Shown here: piece by piece, positions 9,720-19,272 of the stretch | How positions within the stretch are numbered: position 1 is the first letter of the stretch | Layout: the number at the start of each line of letters is the position of its first letter | NCBI GenBank assembly: GCA_003707115.1 | Contig: PPNB01000004.1 | Span: 558,001 to 578,042 of the forward strand | Direction: 5' to 3' | From: Tortispora ganteri | Taxonomy: Eukaryota | Length of the DNA stretch: 20,042 nucleotides | The notes under the pieces: generated by a model | Database searches by the model: none | What the model was told of the DNA's origin: nothing | What the model saw: only the letters and a program-made list of their open reading frames with translations | Translations under genes and position numbers: made by a program

Positions 9720-10500
9720 CTGATAAATAGAGCTAGTTGGTGACTTTGTAATTCTACAGTAGAATGACAGTAAAGATTGAAGAGTAAAGAAGAAGAATTT
9801 TTTTAAGTTACGAATATTTGTTGGAATGTCCGGAATGTTGCCAAGCCAAGCCGCGTATATCCGGTGAGTTGGCTGGCGGGCGACGACATGGACAAAGCAG
9901 CGGGATAACCCTTATACGCATTCAACCATAGCCTATTGGACACTTTATAGTGGTTAATGGAAAGCTTAAAGTGTGCGAATGAAGTTTAGGTTGTTTTGTT
10001 TTAAGTGTTTTCAGACACGGGAAAAGTTAGTGTGGTTAATTCTGCCCATCGGCAAACACTGGCGTAAGCTGGCAAACGCACTCAAAAGTGCACTCTTTCA
10101 TATAGTCAATTACATGTAATTGCCTAACGTATATAGATACATATTTGGTAATTAGCACACAGGAATTTAAAAAAAAGACGCACTTCTGGTTTAACTTTGA
10201 AATACTTTAAGAGTTTCTTCGGAAATCGAAAAGAAAATCAGTGATTCGATTAATCTGATAAACGAACCTTAATTAACTGAATTCCCTATATCAGATTGAA
10301 AAGATCCGAATAAGGCTGCCGGAGCAAAATTTTAAAAATAGCTTTTCGCTAATCAGTGGATAGTTCATTAGTTAAAATGTAATGCATTGCTTTATATTAC
10401 TATTTTGAGATGCTCTTAGACATGTGGTGCCTGTAGCTTCTTGCTGTACAAGAAACCTGCAGCTAGTCATTTACCTGGGTTGTCCGCTTTCAGCCACATC
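9720..10500 (+). ncRNA. Structured ncRNA, candidate telomerase RNA (ends approximate)
   Basis: No ORF. Nested long-range helices 9736-9785/10092-10128 enclose a ~90-nt hairpin (9817-9904), a C-rich ATAACCCTTATA (9905-9916), a stem-loop (9919-9981) and a U-rich/A-rich segment. Further arm 10151-10353 and three-way junction 10422-10499. Folded by eye with no covariation data. Confidence 0.5.
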
Positions 10501-10585
10501 AGTATGCAATTGTCTTGCGTGAATATCAATATAAGCAGTCATCGACGGAGAAAGTCACATCGAACGTAAGATGTATCTTAGATAA

Positions 10586-11167
10586 TTATAATACAAAAAA
10601 ATATACTATCAGAGAAACGAACAGGGTGACTGAACTTGATATAATTATCCACTTTCGAGAATTGGAAGCGAACCTAGCATCACTTGTTTTAGCTTCTTTC
10701 TCTTTTGCTGAGATCCAGTCTGACATGTCGTCCAGTTTCTTTTTTGCTTGACCAGCTCTCTTTTTAACATCGTTCAGCTTATTTTGGATGTCATTAACTA
10801 CTGAAACCTGCAATATAGATTTTTCAACACGAGCCAACCGTTTGCTGAGCTCGTTTTTTTGCTTTTCATCACAGCTACTAAGCTCTTGAACGTACTGTAA
10901 TGCCTCATCTTTTAATCGCTTTAATCTCTGTATAGCTTGCTCCAGATCTGATATGTGCATTTTCAAGTCCTGGACGATTGATTCGTACTGCAGCGAGACT
11001 TCATTCTCGTTAGTGTTATACAGCTCGTCGAGCAGATTCACAAACGCTTCTCCAGTATCCAAGTTACCAGATATAGATGGGTTAGAATCACCGAACTGAT
11101 TCAATTCCTTACGATTTATAACAATACTGAACAGATTCTGGTTGTTGGTGCTGACATGGTTGTTCAT
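10586..11167 (-). CDS. Coiled-coil protein with C-terminal transmembrane anchor, 193 aa
   Basis: Heptad-rich helical body and terminal hydrophobic segment WIIISSSVTLFVSLIVYFFVL (tail-anchored topology). Family not recognised. Confidence 0.75.
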   Translation of the reverse strand: MNNHVSTNNQNLFSIVINRKELNQFGDSNPSISGNLDTGEAFVNLLDELYNTNENEVSLQYESIVQDLKMHISDLEQAIQRLKRLKDEALQYVQELSSCDEKQKNELSKRLARVEKSILQVSVVNDIQNKLNDVKKRAGQAKKKLDDMSDWISAKEKEAKTSDARFASNSRKWIIISSSVTLFVSLIVYFFVL

Positions 11168-11433
11168 AGCTCAGTCTGCCTCAGTTGAGGTGTGTATAAG
11201 CTGAGTCCTAATAGTACCTATGATATGTGCGTATCCCACCCGCGACACACACCGTATGCTTACGCTAATAATATAAATACAGCATCGTAAAATAGTCATA
11301 AAATAATCATACTCACATAAATTATCTAACCGCCATACACATAACTCTGAAAAATATCTAACCTCCAGACGTAAATAGATCAAAGGTAAGCAATGCAATT
11401 TGGTTCAACATCGCAAAATTCGATCGCAAATAT

Positions 11434-11745
11434 CTATCTTTCTTTCAGAAGTTTGTTCCGTTTCTCTTTCTTCCTCATTCTCTCAACTTTTTTCTTGTGT
11501 AGTTTATTCATGAGCTCTTGCTGGTATTCTTTCTCTTTCTTAGCATTTCTTCTCTCTTTAATTTTGGCTGTATGTTCGTCGCGGATTCTTTGCTTCGCTT
11601 CCAGAAGATTTTTCTCATGCAGCTTCGCCATTTCCGTTCCTTGCTCAATCCTTTTCCGTTCTTCCCATTTCGTCCCCGTATTGTTTCCTTTGAACGGCTT
11701 CTTTGGTTCTTTCCAGTTTTTGCCGTTCTTTCTTAGCAGCTTCAT
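11434..11745 (-). CDS. CGR1: rRNA-processing protein Cgr1
   Basis: N-terminal NGKNWKEPKKPF and C-terminal KLHKKKVERMRKKEKRNKLLKER match the Cgr1 family signature. Small basic coiled coil. Confidence 0.92.
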   Translation of the reverse strand: MKLLRKNGKNWKEPKKPFKGNNTGTKWEERKRIEQGTEMAKLHEKNLLEAKQRIRDEHTAKIKERRNAKKEKEYQQELMNKLHKKKVERMRKKEKRNKLLKER

Positions 11746-11907
11746 CTCTTCAAAAAAATAATGCAGTGCTTGAGACGAAAGTTCTGCACAAGTTGATCTT
11801 TGCTATTTTTATGATTTAAAGTTTCTAGCCTTTCAATTCATTTACCGAAAACTACAAACTTGCACTTCTCATTATCAGCTCTGTAACGCTTCAGCATTTA
11901 TGTTATT

Positions 11908-13809
11908 ATGAACTTATCGGTGCTAAATGTCGATGTGTTGGTCAAAATATTGCGCAGGCTTCCAGCCACTCTGGTGATGAAAATAGCGGACAGCGACGAC
12001 TCATCTAGTGTTGCTGAAGCTGCGAGGTCAAACGACGTTTGGTGGGCTCTCGCTTCCCTTTACAATACCTGGGAATCTCCCTCGATGTTGTTGGCTGCTA
12101 AATATTCTGGAATTGGTATACATTATGGCCGTGTAGACGAACCTGATGGAATAGAGCCTTTTTATCTCGATACGCTCGCGCTTTACCAGGATCATCAGGC
12201 TATAAGCGAATACAAGGCACGCGTAGGATACGATATCAGATCTATAGTCTCCACACGAATAAAGCTCGAAATTCGGTTGGTATATATTGTTTCCCTCCTG
12301 GAGAGTGAGTACTCCACTGGTGACTGCAAAAGTTTCTTAAATGCCTACAGTAAGCGCTACTTTAGAATCGATGTGCTATCTGCTTTACCTAATAAACCTT
12401 GCCAGATATCTGAGTGTCTCTATCGCATGACAATATCTCGCTATGCTGATTGCCATTCACGCGTTGTACGAAAGCTCTACCCGTCTAGGTATTTATCTCT
12501 CGGCTATATAGCTTCTACGATTCGGGATATGATTGCCCGCAACTGTTATGAATCTGTTGTCTATTACCTTGCAACCGAAAAATCTTCCCTCTATATACCA
12601 ATTGACTTTCTACTGATAGAAATGCATAAAATTATGGATCCAACTGCGTATATAGATGCTGAAACTTGGACTCATTATGGGAGGGGCCTTTTGCTCGACT
12701 CAATCCTAGGCATTGGTCGTTGTAAACCTGGGCTTTTTTTGCATTATACTCAGCCTTTGATCGCTAGCCTGGCACAAATGATAGTCGGCCATTGTCAAAG
12801 TGTTGACCTGGTTCGTGATGGCAGATTGGGCTCTTTTGGCATAGCAATGTATGTTTTGACCTTACTGCGGCAGTGTGGCATAATTGGCACTTTATTGATT
12901 GCTCATGCTGACAATGACACATCGATTTTTTCTGTGGGGATTTATCAACCAGATTCACATGTCTGCAGCAGCATTTTCACCGTTGCTCTAGAGCCAGGTC
13001 TATCTCGGCTCGCTGCTTACATATCCATTACCAATAATGGTTTACTTGCACTAGACCCGATAAAAGACAGTGCAGATATACCACAACTTTCACGATTTTG
13101 CCGATTTCGGTCATATTCTGCATATGCGACCTCTGCCCTCTATTATCTTAAAGAATACACTACACAGTTCCACGTGCACAGACCAGATTCCGCGATTTAT
13201 TCTTTCAATCCAATGTTCTCTGACTACTTTAAAATATCTGATTGTCGTTTGTATGAGTGCTATCATTGTTACTGCTGTGCTTGTACAGAATCATTTCCTC
13301 AGGAGACTTCTGTTGCTACCTCTGGCTATATATGGCCCGAAACACTTACGATACGCACCCCTCCGATGAAAGCTGTCCAGGAAACCGCTATATATGAACC
13401 TATGGCTATCCCAGACAGAGTTTTCTGTGGATTAATAGAGGTAGTGTCTAGTGATTTCATGTGCGGTACTGTTTCGAAAAACACTCATGTCGGTGCGGGT
13501 ATGGAAGAGCAATACTTTGTGACTCTCGGCATTCTACCTGATAGAAGCTCACCGGAGAGTACTAGAGTATATGGGTTATTGATAGGCAGACAGGGAACCC
13601 TTTGTGTGGTAGACGAGAACATACTAGCACTTGTAAAGGAGCGAGATGTACTTTATGATTTGCATATTCTGGAACATCGCAATATGCTTGGGATGTTCTA
13701 TCGATGTTATGATCCAGTCCTTGGGTATGTACTGCATCAAGGTGGTGAGGTGATTTTAGGAATAGTAGACCATCCTGGATATAAACTCAAACGAAATGAC
13801 ATTTTATGA
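11908..13809 (+). CDS. Divergent F-box protein, possibly FBXO21-like, 633 aa
   Basis: The N-terminus LSVLNVDVLVKILRRLP...ARSNDVWW fits the F-box pattern. IAMYVLTLLRQCGI and the C-terminal VYGLLI...VVDENI...LGMFYRCYD weakly resemble the transglutaminase-like and YccV/HspQ regions of FBXO21-type proteins (inference). Confidence 0.7.
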   Translation: MNLSVLNVDVLVKILRRLPATLVMKIADSDDSSSVAEAARSNDVWWALASLYNTWESPSMLLAAKYSGIGIHYGRVDEPDGIEPFYLDTLALYQDHQAISEYKARVGYDIRSIVSTRIKLEIRLVYIVSLLESEYSTGDCKSFLNAYSKRYFRIDVLSALPNKPCQISECLYRMTISRYADCHSRVVRKLYPSRYLSLGYIASTIRDMIARNCYESVVYYLATEKSSLYIPIDFLLIEMHKIMDPTAYIDAETWTHYGRGLLLDSILGIGRCKPGLFLHYTQPLIASLAQMIVGHCQSVDLVRDGRLGSFGIAMYVLTLLRQCGIIGTLLIAHADNDTSIFSVGIYQPDSHVCSSIFTVALEPGLSRLAAYISITNNGLLALDPIKDSADIPQLSRFCRFRSYSAYATSALYYLKEYTTQFHVHRPDSAIYSFNPMFSDYFKISDCRLYECYHCYCCACTESFPQETSVATSGYIWPETLTIRTPPMKAVQETAIYEPMAIPDRVFCGLIEVVSSDFMCGTVSKNTHVGAGMEEQYFVTLGILPDRSSPESTRVYGLLIGRQGTLCVVDENILALVKERDVLYDLHILEHRNMLGMFYRCYDPVLGYVLHQGGEVILGIVDHPGYKLKRNDIL

Positions 13810-14025
13810 TAATTCAATATCTAATGATTGATTGATTTCTTCGCCTACTATTGTTCTCTGTAACTAGTTGTAAAAGTCATTGGTTTGTAGTACCAAATAT
13901 GCCTTTTTTGATAAACTTTTCTCCGAATTTCCAAGTTGTGCTTACAAAGAGATCTACTTTTAAGTATTTTGTGAATAGGTTCCTTTTTCTTATGAAAAAC
14001 CTCTGCTATCTGTTTCATATAGAAG

Positions 14026-15904
14026 ACGGATCCAATACGTTTATATATGGATATTCTAGCCTATATGTATAAAAATTCATTCTCCGCTATGACTGATATT
14101 ATGGCTAACGGCTCAACATTATAGGCTCTGGGCTGCCGCAAGTACCATTGCTGTATTCTTTGTAACATGGGAATCATCTAAAGTGTTGATTGCTGTTCAG
14201 TATAGCGCTGTATTTCCTTGTCTTCTCATATACAGTGCAGATACTCTATTGCTGTAAACTACCGCTTAATACCAAGACCAGGCTCAACTACGCAAATACA
14301 AGAGCAGCATCCTACCAAAGATTCGCAAGATTGTCGTAAAAAGAAAATTCGCAGATAGAACGCTTTACTCAACAGCTTGATTATCACAGAAAGTTCGCTG
14401 AGTGATGGCTTTGCCAAATCATTGCTTACGACTGTGACCAAATCTTCTAAAAGTTACTTAAAATTAATATCTTGGCCGAACTCGATAACAATCCTACCGC
14501 AATACTCGAAACGTCTAAACAGTATATTGAACTACCAATTTTGCGATCAAATTGCTGTTTTTAAAGAATAATTTCCAGAAAGCTACCTATCTTGAGGATA
14601 CATTGCTTAGTGTTATCGCGATATTATTGGCGGGCCGACACTTTAATTAGCGTTATACCCTCTGTCGACTAATGATTTTAATTTGTAAATATCCATTAAT
14701 TATATGATGGTTAAAAGGGGTTTTCACTTATTTGACAGGGACTCTGTCACAGTCGATACGTGGAATGACGATTATGGGATGCTGAAGCACACAGCACGAC
14801 AGATGACAGATGCTACCCATGATCTACAATTTGTCAACATGACTCACATAATATAACTCAGAAAGTACAGGAGATTTATGACTTTCTTGACGAAACAATG
14901 ACCTTTGAGTGTTATTGCTGTTCATCTGCTAACACCACTCAGACAATGTGGCATGATTGACTCTCCTGATCAGGCTTACTACACCCGAGGACCAAATCGC
15001 AGTTGCAATGTATACTCCATAACCGAAGACCTGAAGTCATGTTTGAAGCTGTACTGGACCCAGTATGGCCAAAATTTTAGTTTATAAAGCTATCAAGAAG
15101 AAATCAGTATCGGCCACTGTGGGAGCTGAACTACAAAAGTCATGCCCTGCTGTAAAAGATAAGTTTTGCAGAATTTTTTGTTTGGTTTACGTCAAATCTG
15201 CCCTAATTTTTTTCCTTGCGCATTCCTGCATGAAATTCTCATACAGCAACCTACGATAAAAAATTGCAGGAAAGCCTATCCGATCTCGGGCGAGATTAAT
15301 AAGCGTTTTTGCAAGAATTGTCTCGCGAACAGGCCGTTTTTGACTTAGATCTGGACAGATTCACATCCAGACTGAGAATCAAAATGAGTACTCTTGACTT
15401 CGTATTAATTGTTGCATAATATACCTACTCCGATATATCAACTCTTATATATTTCCTACTTAAACACTGCTTATGTCGGTCTTACCAGAGAGGAGAAAAT
15501 TATGTGTAAATCTGCTTTTGACAACTCCCATGACATCAATTGTATCAATTTACGAAAATCTTCTGGGATAGCTGTGAATGGAGGCGCTAAATCCAGTACT
15601 ACAATTGGTATGCTTTGCGAATAAAAAGCTCATCTTAAAGTAGTTGAAACTGATCCTATATCAAGCAGAAAATCTGGAGTGTGCTGGAAAGATGCTCTCC
15701 CCAAGACAGAAGGAGACATTATACTCAGCGTCTATTTTAGAGCATATGACTAGCAGAATATGCGATTGGTATTGCATAAAGCTGGAAAACGCACCCTTGA
15801 CCTCTCTTAAAAGGATTAAAAGGGGGGGGGGCACAATTCCGTTTTTTTTTAGCCTCCATAATGCTGTGGATAGTCTTATAATAACGCACCTTTTAATACA
15901 GTAG
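14026..15904 (+). pseudogene. Full-length decayed tandem paralog of the upstream F-box gene
   Basis: Colinear translated matches: TWESSKVLIAVQYS vs TWESPSMLLAAKYS; *YQDQAQLRKYKSSILPKIRKIV vs LYQDHQAISEYKARVGYDIRSIV; FPESYLS*GYIA*CYRDII vs YPSRYLSLGYIASTIRDMI; IAVHLLTPLRQCGMI vs IAMYVLTLLRQCGII; MCKSAFDNSH vs MCGTVSKNTH; KETLYSASILEH vs RDVLYDLHILEH. Many stops and frameshifts. Confidence 0.9.
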
Positions 15905-16013
15905 TACGACTAATAGCACAAACAGAGCTGATCTTCGTATAAAAGTCATAATTATAATTTAATCATCAGCCATTTATAGTAATAGACTACTCGAGTTCAG
16001 CTTAAATATGAAA

Positions 16014-18224
16014 CTAACGCTTAGAGTATTTCGCAGCTAGATTCTTCAAATCATCCGTAGAGCTCGATGCAATCGCTTTTTGCGTTTCACGCTGTGCAAA
16101 TCCAGCAGAAGTAGCGGCAACCGCTGAAGACTTTGCTACATTTGGGCTAGAGCTTCTATGCTTGATAGAACTCCAATAAAGCCTCCCAGACGACGGCTTA
16201 CTGGCAGGCGTAACATCAGACTGGCGACGAAGGGGAGCACTAGTAGTGGCAAATCCAGGCTTGGAAGTATGTTTTGTTTTCATTTCAGATGTTATTTTGC
16301 TCTCACCCACATAAACATCATTTTCGGTAGTAGACCCGCTACTATTACGCCGCCTTGAAGCAAAATGTAGCATTAAATGTCCACTATCATTGCCATCGTC
16401 ATCTCCATTCGAGCTGTCCGATTCATCATCATTCATGGATTCTTTGCCAATGTAATTGTGATACTCGAGAGCAGCTGGGCTTGGAGGTCCCAAAGCAGCA
16501 TAAGCCGCCGTAGCAGCACGTACGTTTGCATTGTCTTCAAGCGCGTTGCTCTTAGACATAGGATCTTCCAATAGAGTATCAGCATTATCGCCATCATCAT
16601 CAGATTCACTCCAGGTTTGCGAATAATATCTAGATCTGCCATCGGGCAAAGCCTTTCCCATACCCTCCTTAATAGTACCATTATCGTCAGAGTCATAAGT
16701 CACTCCGTCTTCATTCATTTCATCATCATAGTAGCGATCAGAGCTATATACAATACCTTCAACAACATCGTCATCATCATATTCATCACTCGATGACATA
16801 CTTTTGTATTCGTCCTTTAGTGTTGTGGAAGGAAGCATATGAATAGTCAGGCCTTCTCGAGTCGTATGAGAAGAATGCCTAGTAGACAAAGAAGACTCGC
16901 TGCGTGCGTAATTAGAACTTTCGTCCTCATCATCAGAATAGTATCTATCATCCTGACGGTCTTCGTAAGTGATAGCTATGCATTGCTCAACCATATCGTT
17001 AAAATGAATATGGCGATTGCGATCAGCTCTGTCAATACTAGAGTCATTATCGCTTGACAGACTGTGATCCCATTTACGAGTCAACGGGCCAACATATGAT
17101 ATTGATTTGTCATTTGTAGAGGGGTGAATCTCATCATGAGGAGACACAGATGAACTTCGATTATAGTGCATATGGTTAGACCTTATATCAAGCATCGGGG
17201 ATCCAGAGAGCATCATTTCCGAAATCGTTCGTCGTTTTAGGATTGGCTTCGTCGCAGAAGCAGCCTGTGATGCATTGATTGTAGAAATAGCTTGGGAAGC
17301 TTTTAGAAGCTCATCCTTCGTCTCGCTCATAGATTGTTCAGCAGTATTTCCTTGAATTCTGGCAGGTGACACAGAGTTGGTACGCTTATGTTTAGGAGCA
17401 GAATAATCGACGTCGCCCACATGAGCGGTTGAGGCAGGGAGTATAGGACCGTAGAGCCATGTTACATCATAGTCCTTTAACCAATTCACGGACTCCGGCG
17501 AAACCGTCCGGAGATTGTATTTAGCTTTCATCCACGTTCTCCAAGATGCATTTTCCAAGCGGGCAGAGTTGGCCACGTTTTTTCTTTGCAAAACAATATA
17601 GCGCCAAGATGTGGACACGTCAGATTCTTTCCAGTTATGAGATAAGTAGTCGACATGATGCGAGGGTGCATATTGTATTTTGGTATCATCATTAGCAATT
17701 ATCGGAGAATCTGCATCAGATAGAGGAGTTATGACTGATGTGTCAGAATCAGCTTCATTCCCATGTCTATTAGAAGGCGAAGTAGAGAGAGAAGAAACGC
17801 GAGTATCTGTAACTACATTGTCATCAGCAGAATATCCGACTGCGCGGAATGAGTTAGCATAATCCATAGCGTGGGTGTAACAGTCGAAAGAGTTATGGTT
17901 TTTATCGGCTGAGAAAGAATCAAGGGAAGTAGTGCGCTTTAGGGTAAAATTTCCTAAGTTCTCATCACCATCATTATCATCATCATTGTCCTTGTGGCCG
18001 TCGACATCATTACAACCATCTGTGCTCTGATTCTTATTGGTACTAGTTATGTCTTGTGACGAACCCTTCAACCCCGCCGGAAGAGTAGCCGAAGCGGAGC
18101 TTCTCTGATCGAAGGAAGATGAATCGGAAGAAGTAGGCCTGCGCGATCTGCCACGGGAATCTTCATCATCGCTGCTTGAGTCGGAATCAAATATTAGTTG
18201 ACCGCGTGGCTTAACTAGACTCAT
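16014..18224 (-). CDS. REG1: Protein phosphatase 1 (Glc7) regulatory subunit Reg1-like
   Basis: DUF1752 block HVDYLSHNW.E.D...SWRYI...RLENASWRTW.K, WLKD.DVTWLYGP, KPILKRRTISEM, and the PP1-docking RHIHFND motif. The remainder is Ser/Asp-rich low complexity. Confidence 0.93.
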   Translation of the reverse strand: MSLVKPRGQLIFDSDSSSDDEDSRGRSRRPTSSDSSSFDQRSSASATLPAGLKGSSQDITSTNKNQSTDGCNDVDGHKDNDDDNDGDENLGNFTLKRTTSLDSFSADKNHNSFDCYTHAMDYANSFRAVGYSADDNVVTDTRVSSLSTSPSNRHGNEADSDTSVITPLSDADSPIIANDDTKIQYAPSHHVDYLSHNWKESDVSTSWRYIVLQRKNVANSARLENASWRTWMKAKYNLRTVSPESVNWLKDYDVTWLYGPILPASTAHVGDVDYSAPKHKRTNSVSPARIQGNTAEQSMSETKDELLKASQAISTINASQAASATKPILKRRTISEMMLSGSPMLDIRSNHMHYNRSSSVSPHDEIHPSTNDKSISYVGPLTRKWDHSLSSDNDSSIDRADRNRHIHFNDMVEQCIAITYEDRQDDRYYSDDEDESSNYARSESSLSTRHSSHTTREGLTIHMLPSTTLKDEYKSMSSSDEYDDDDVVEGIVYSSDRYYDDEMNEDGVTYDSDDNGTIKEGMGKALPDGRSRYYSQTWSESDDDGDNADTLLEDPMSKSNALEDNANVRAATAAYAALGPPSPAALEYHNYIGKESMNDDESDSSNGDDDGNDSGHLMLHFASRRRNSSGSTTENDVYVGESKITSEMKTKHTSKPGFATTSAPLRRQSDVTPASKPSSGRLYWSSIKHRSSSPNVAKSSAVAATSAGFAQRETQKAIASSSTDDLKNLAAKYSKR

Positions 18225-18640
18225 ATTTTTTGTCTTCAGTAGTGTGTGAATATCGTTTATATGTGTATTAGAAAAACAACAAAGTTAACAATCAAATGCT
18301 GAAGAAGAGAAAAATGAGAGACGTAATCTATAAGGGGCTCGCAGCGAACAGGTATACTCCAGTATTTAATAAAAGGAAAGAAGTGAAAAGCTAGTGCAAT
18401 CCAAAGTAAGAACCTTACCTATAAATCGGCAATACGCGATATTAACGAGGGGTTATGCCACTATCGAAAGCTAGATTAGCAGAATAAACAGATCCGATTA
18501 GACGAGGTACGTTATAGTAAGCAAAACAAGTCCGTTTATGATTAAATAGAGGGGGAATATTACGCTCCTTTGAAGAACACAGGACCAAAAACCAAAAAAC
18601 AGTTAACTAATGAACTCCTAGGAACAGAAAGGTTGAAACT

Positions 18641-18650
18641 TGAAAAATTT
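18641..18650. promoter_or_regulatory. RRPE-like motif TGAAAAATTT
   Basis: Matches the rRNA-processing element consensus. AT-rich, so a chance match is possible. Confidence 0.3.
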
Positions 18651-19093
18651 CAGAGCTAGAGCACCTGACTTAGAGTTTTGTGAAAGCCTAGGTCGAAGGA
18701 AAACGGAGGGTCAATAATACAAGGGTACGGACGGAGCAAAGAATATTAATGTATAGACCTCGAAAAAGAGACAACAGAATTGTCTGTTATACGCAAAAAC
18801 TGAGCAGAAATAAAAAGAGCAGGCAGCAAATCCAAGACAAAGTATAGCGGATGAGGCAAATCTTCTTCAAGTATGTATTGGAAGAAGAAAGGAGGAGATC
18901 GTGGGCAAAAGTATCGGACAACTGAAGGATATGGGTGGGGTTCTTGGGGAGGGTTTTAGCCTTTTGCGCGCCAGTGGCTGGGAAAAATGCACCAAGGGTT
19001 CGGAAATTTACGACTTGACGGGCTCTACTGGCAAAATAAGCTTTTTACTAAGCAGTCGCAATAGCGATACTTACGTTAGAATTCGGAATGTCT

Positions 19094-19272
19094 GTATGTA
19101 TATTGTTATCTGGCGCAGAAAACGTTCACCGGTATTAATATCTTTTTGTACGCATTATAGAAATCATCGCTAGGAAACACTGCTGTGTTGTTCAACTTTA
19201 TAGACACATAGCTTAGGTTGCTGAAGAACGTTAACCGAAACATACACAGCTAACCGAAACTACTGCTCACAG
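19094..19272 (+). other. Putative spliceosomal intron in an apparently non-coding transcript
   Basis: GTATGT (19094-19099), GCTAAC branch site (19249-19254), CAG (19270-19272). Splicing would join ATG TCT to TAA. Confidence 0.35.

Noticed and set aside
14255..14610. Stop-codon readthrough or A-to-I rescue of the F-box paralog
   Set aside because: All three stop types occur opposite Leu, Ser, Tyr or Asp rather than Trp, and there are frameshifts. Ordinary decay explains this.
19067..19076. U1 snRNA 5' end-like ATACTTACGT (also TTACCTGG at 10471)
   Set aside because: Neither has the full ACTTACCT, and no U1 stem-loop I motif follows.
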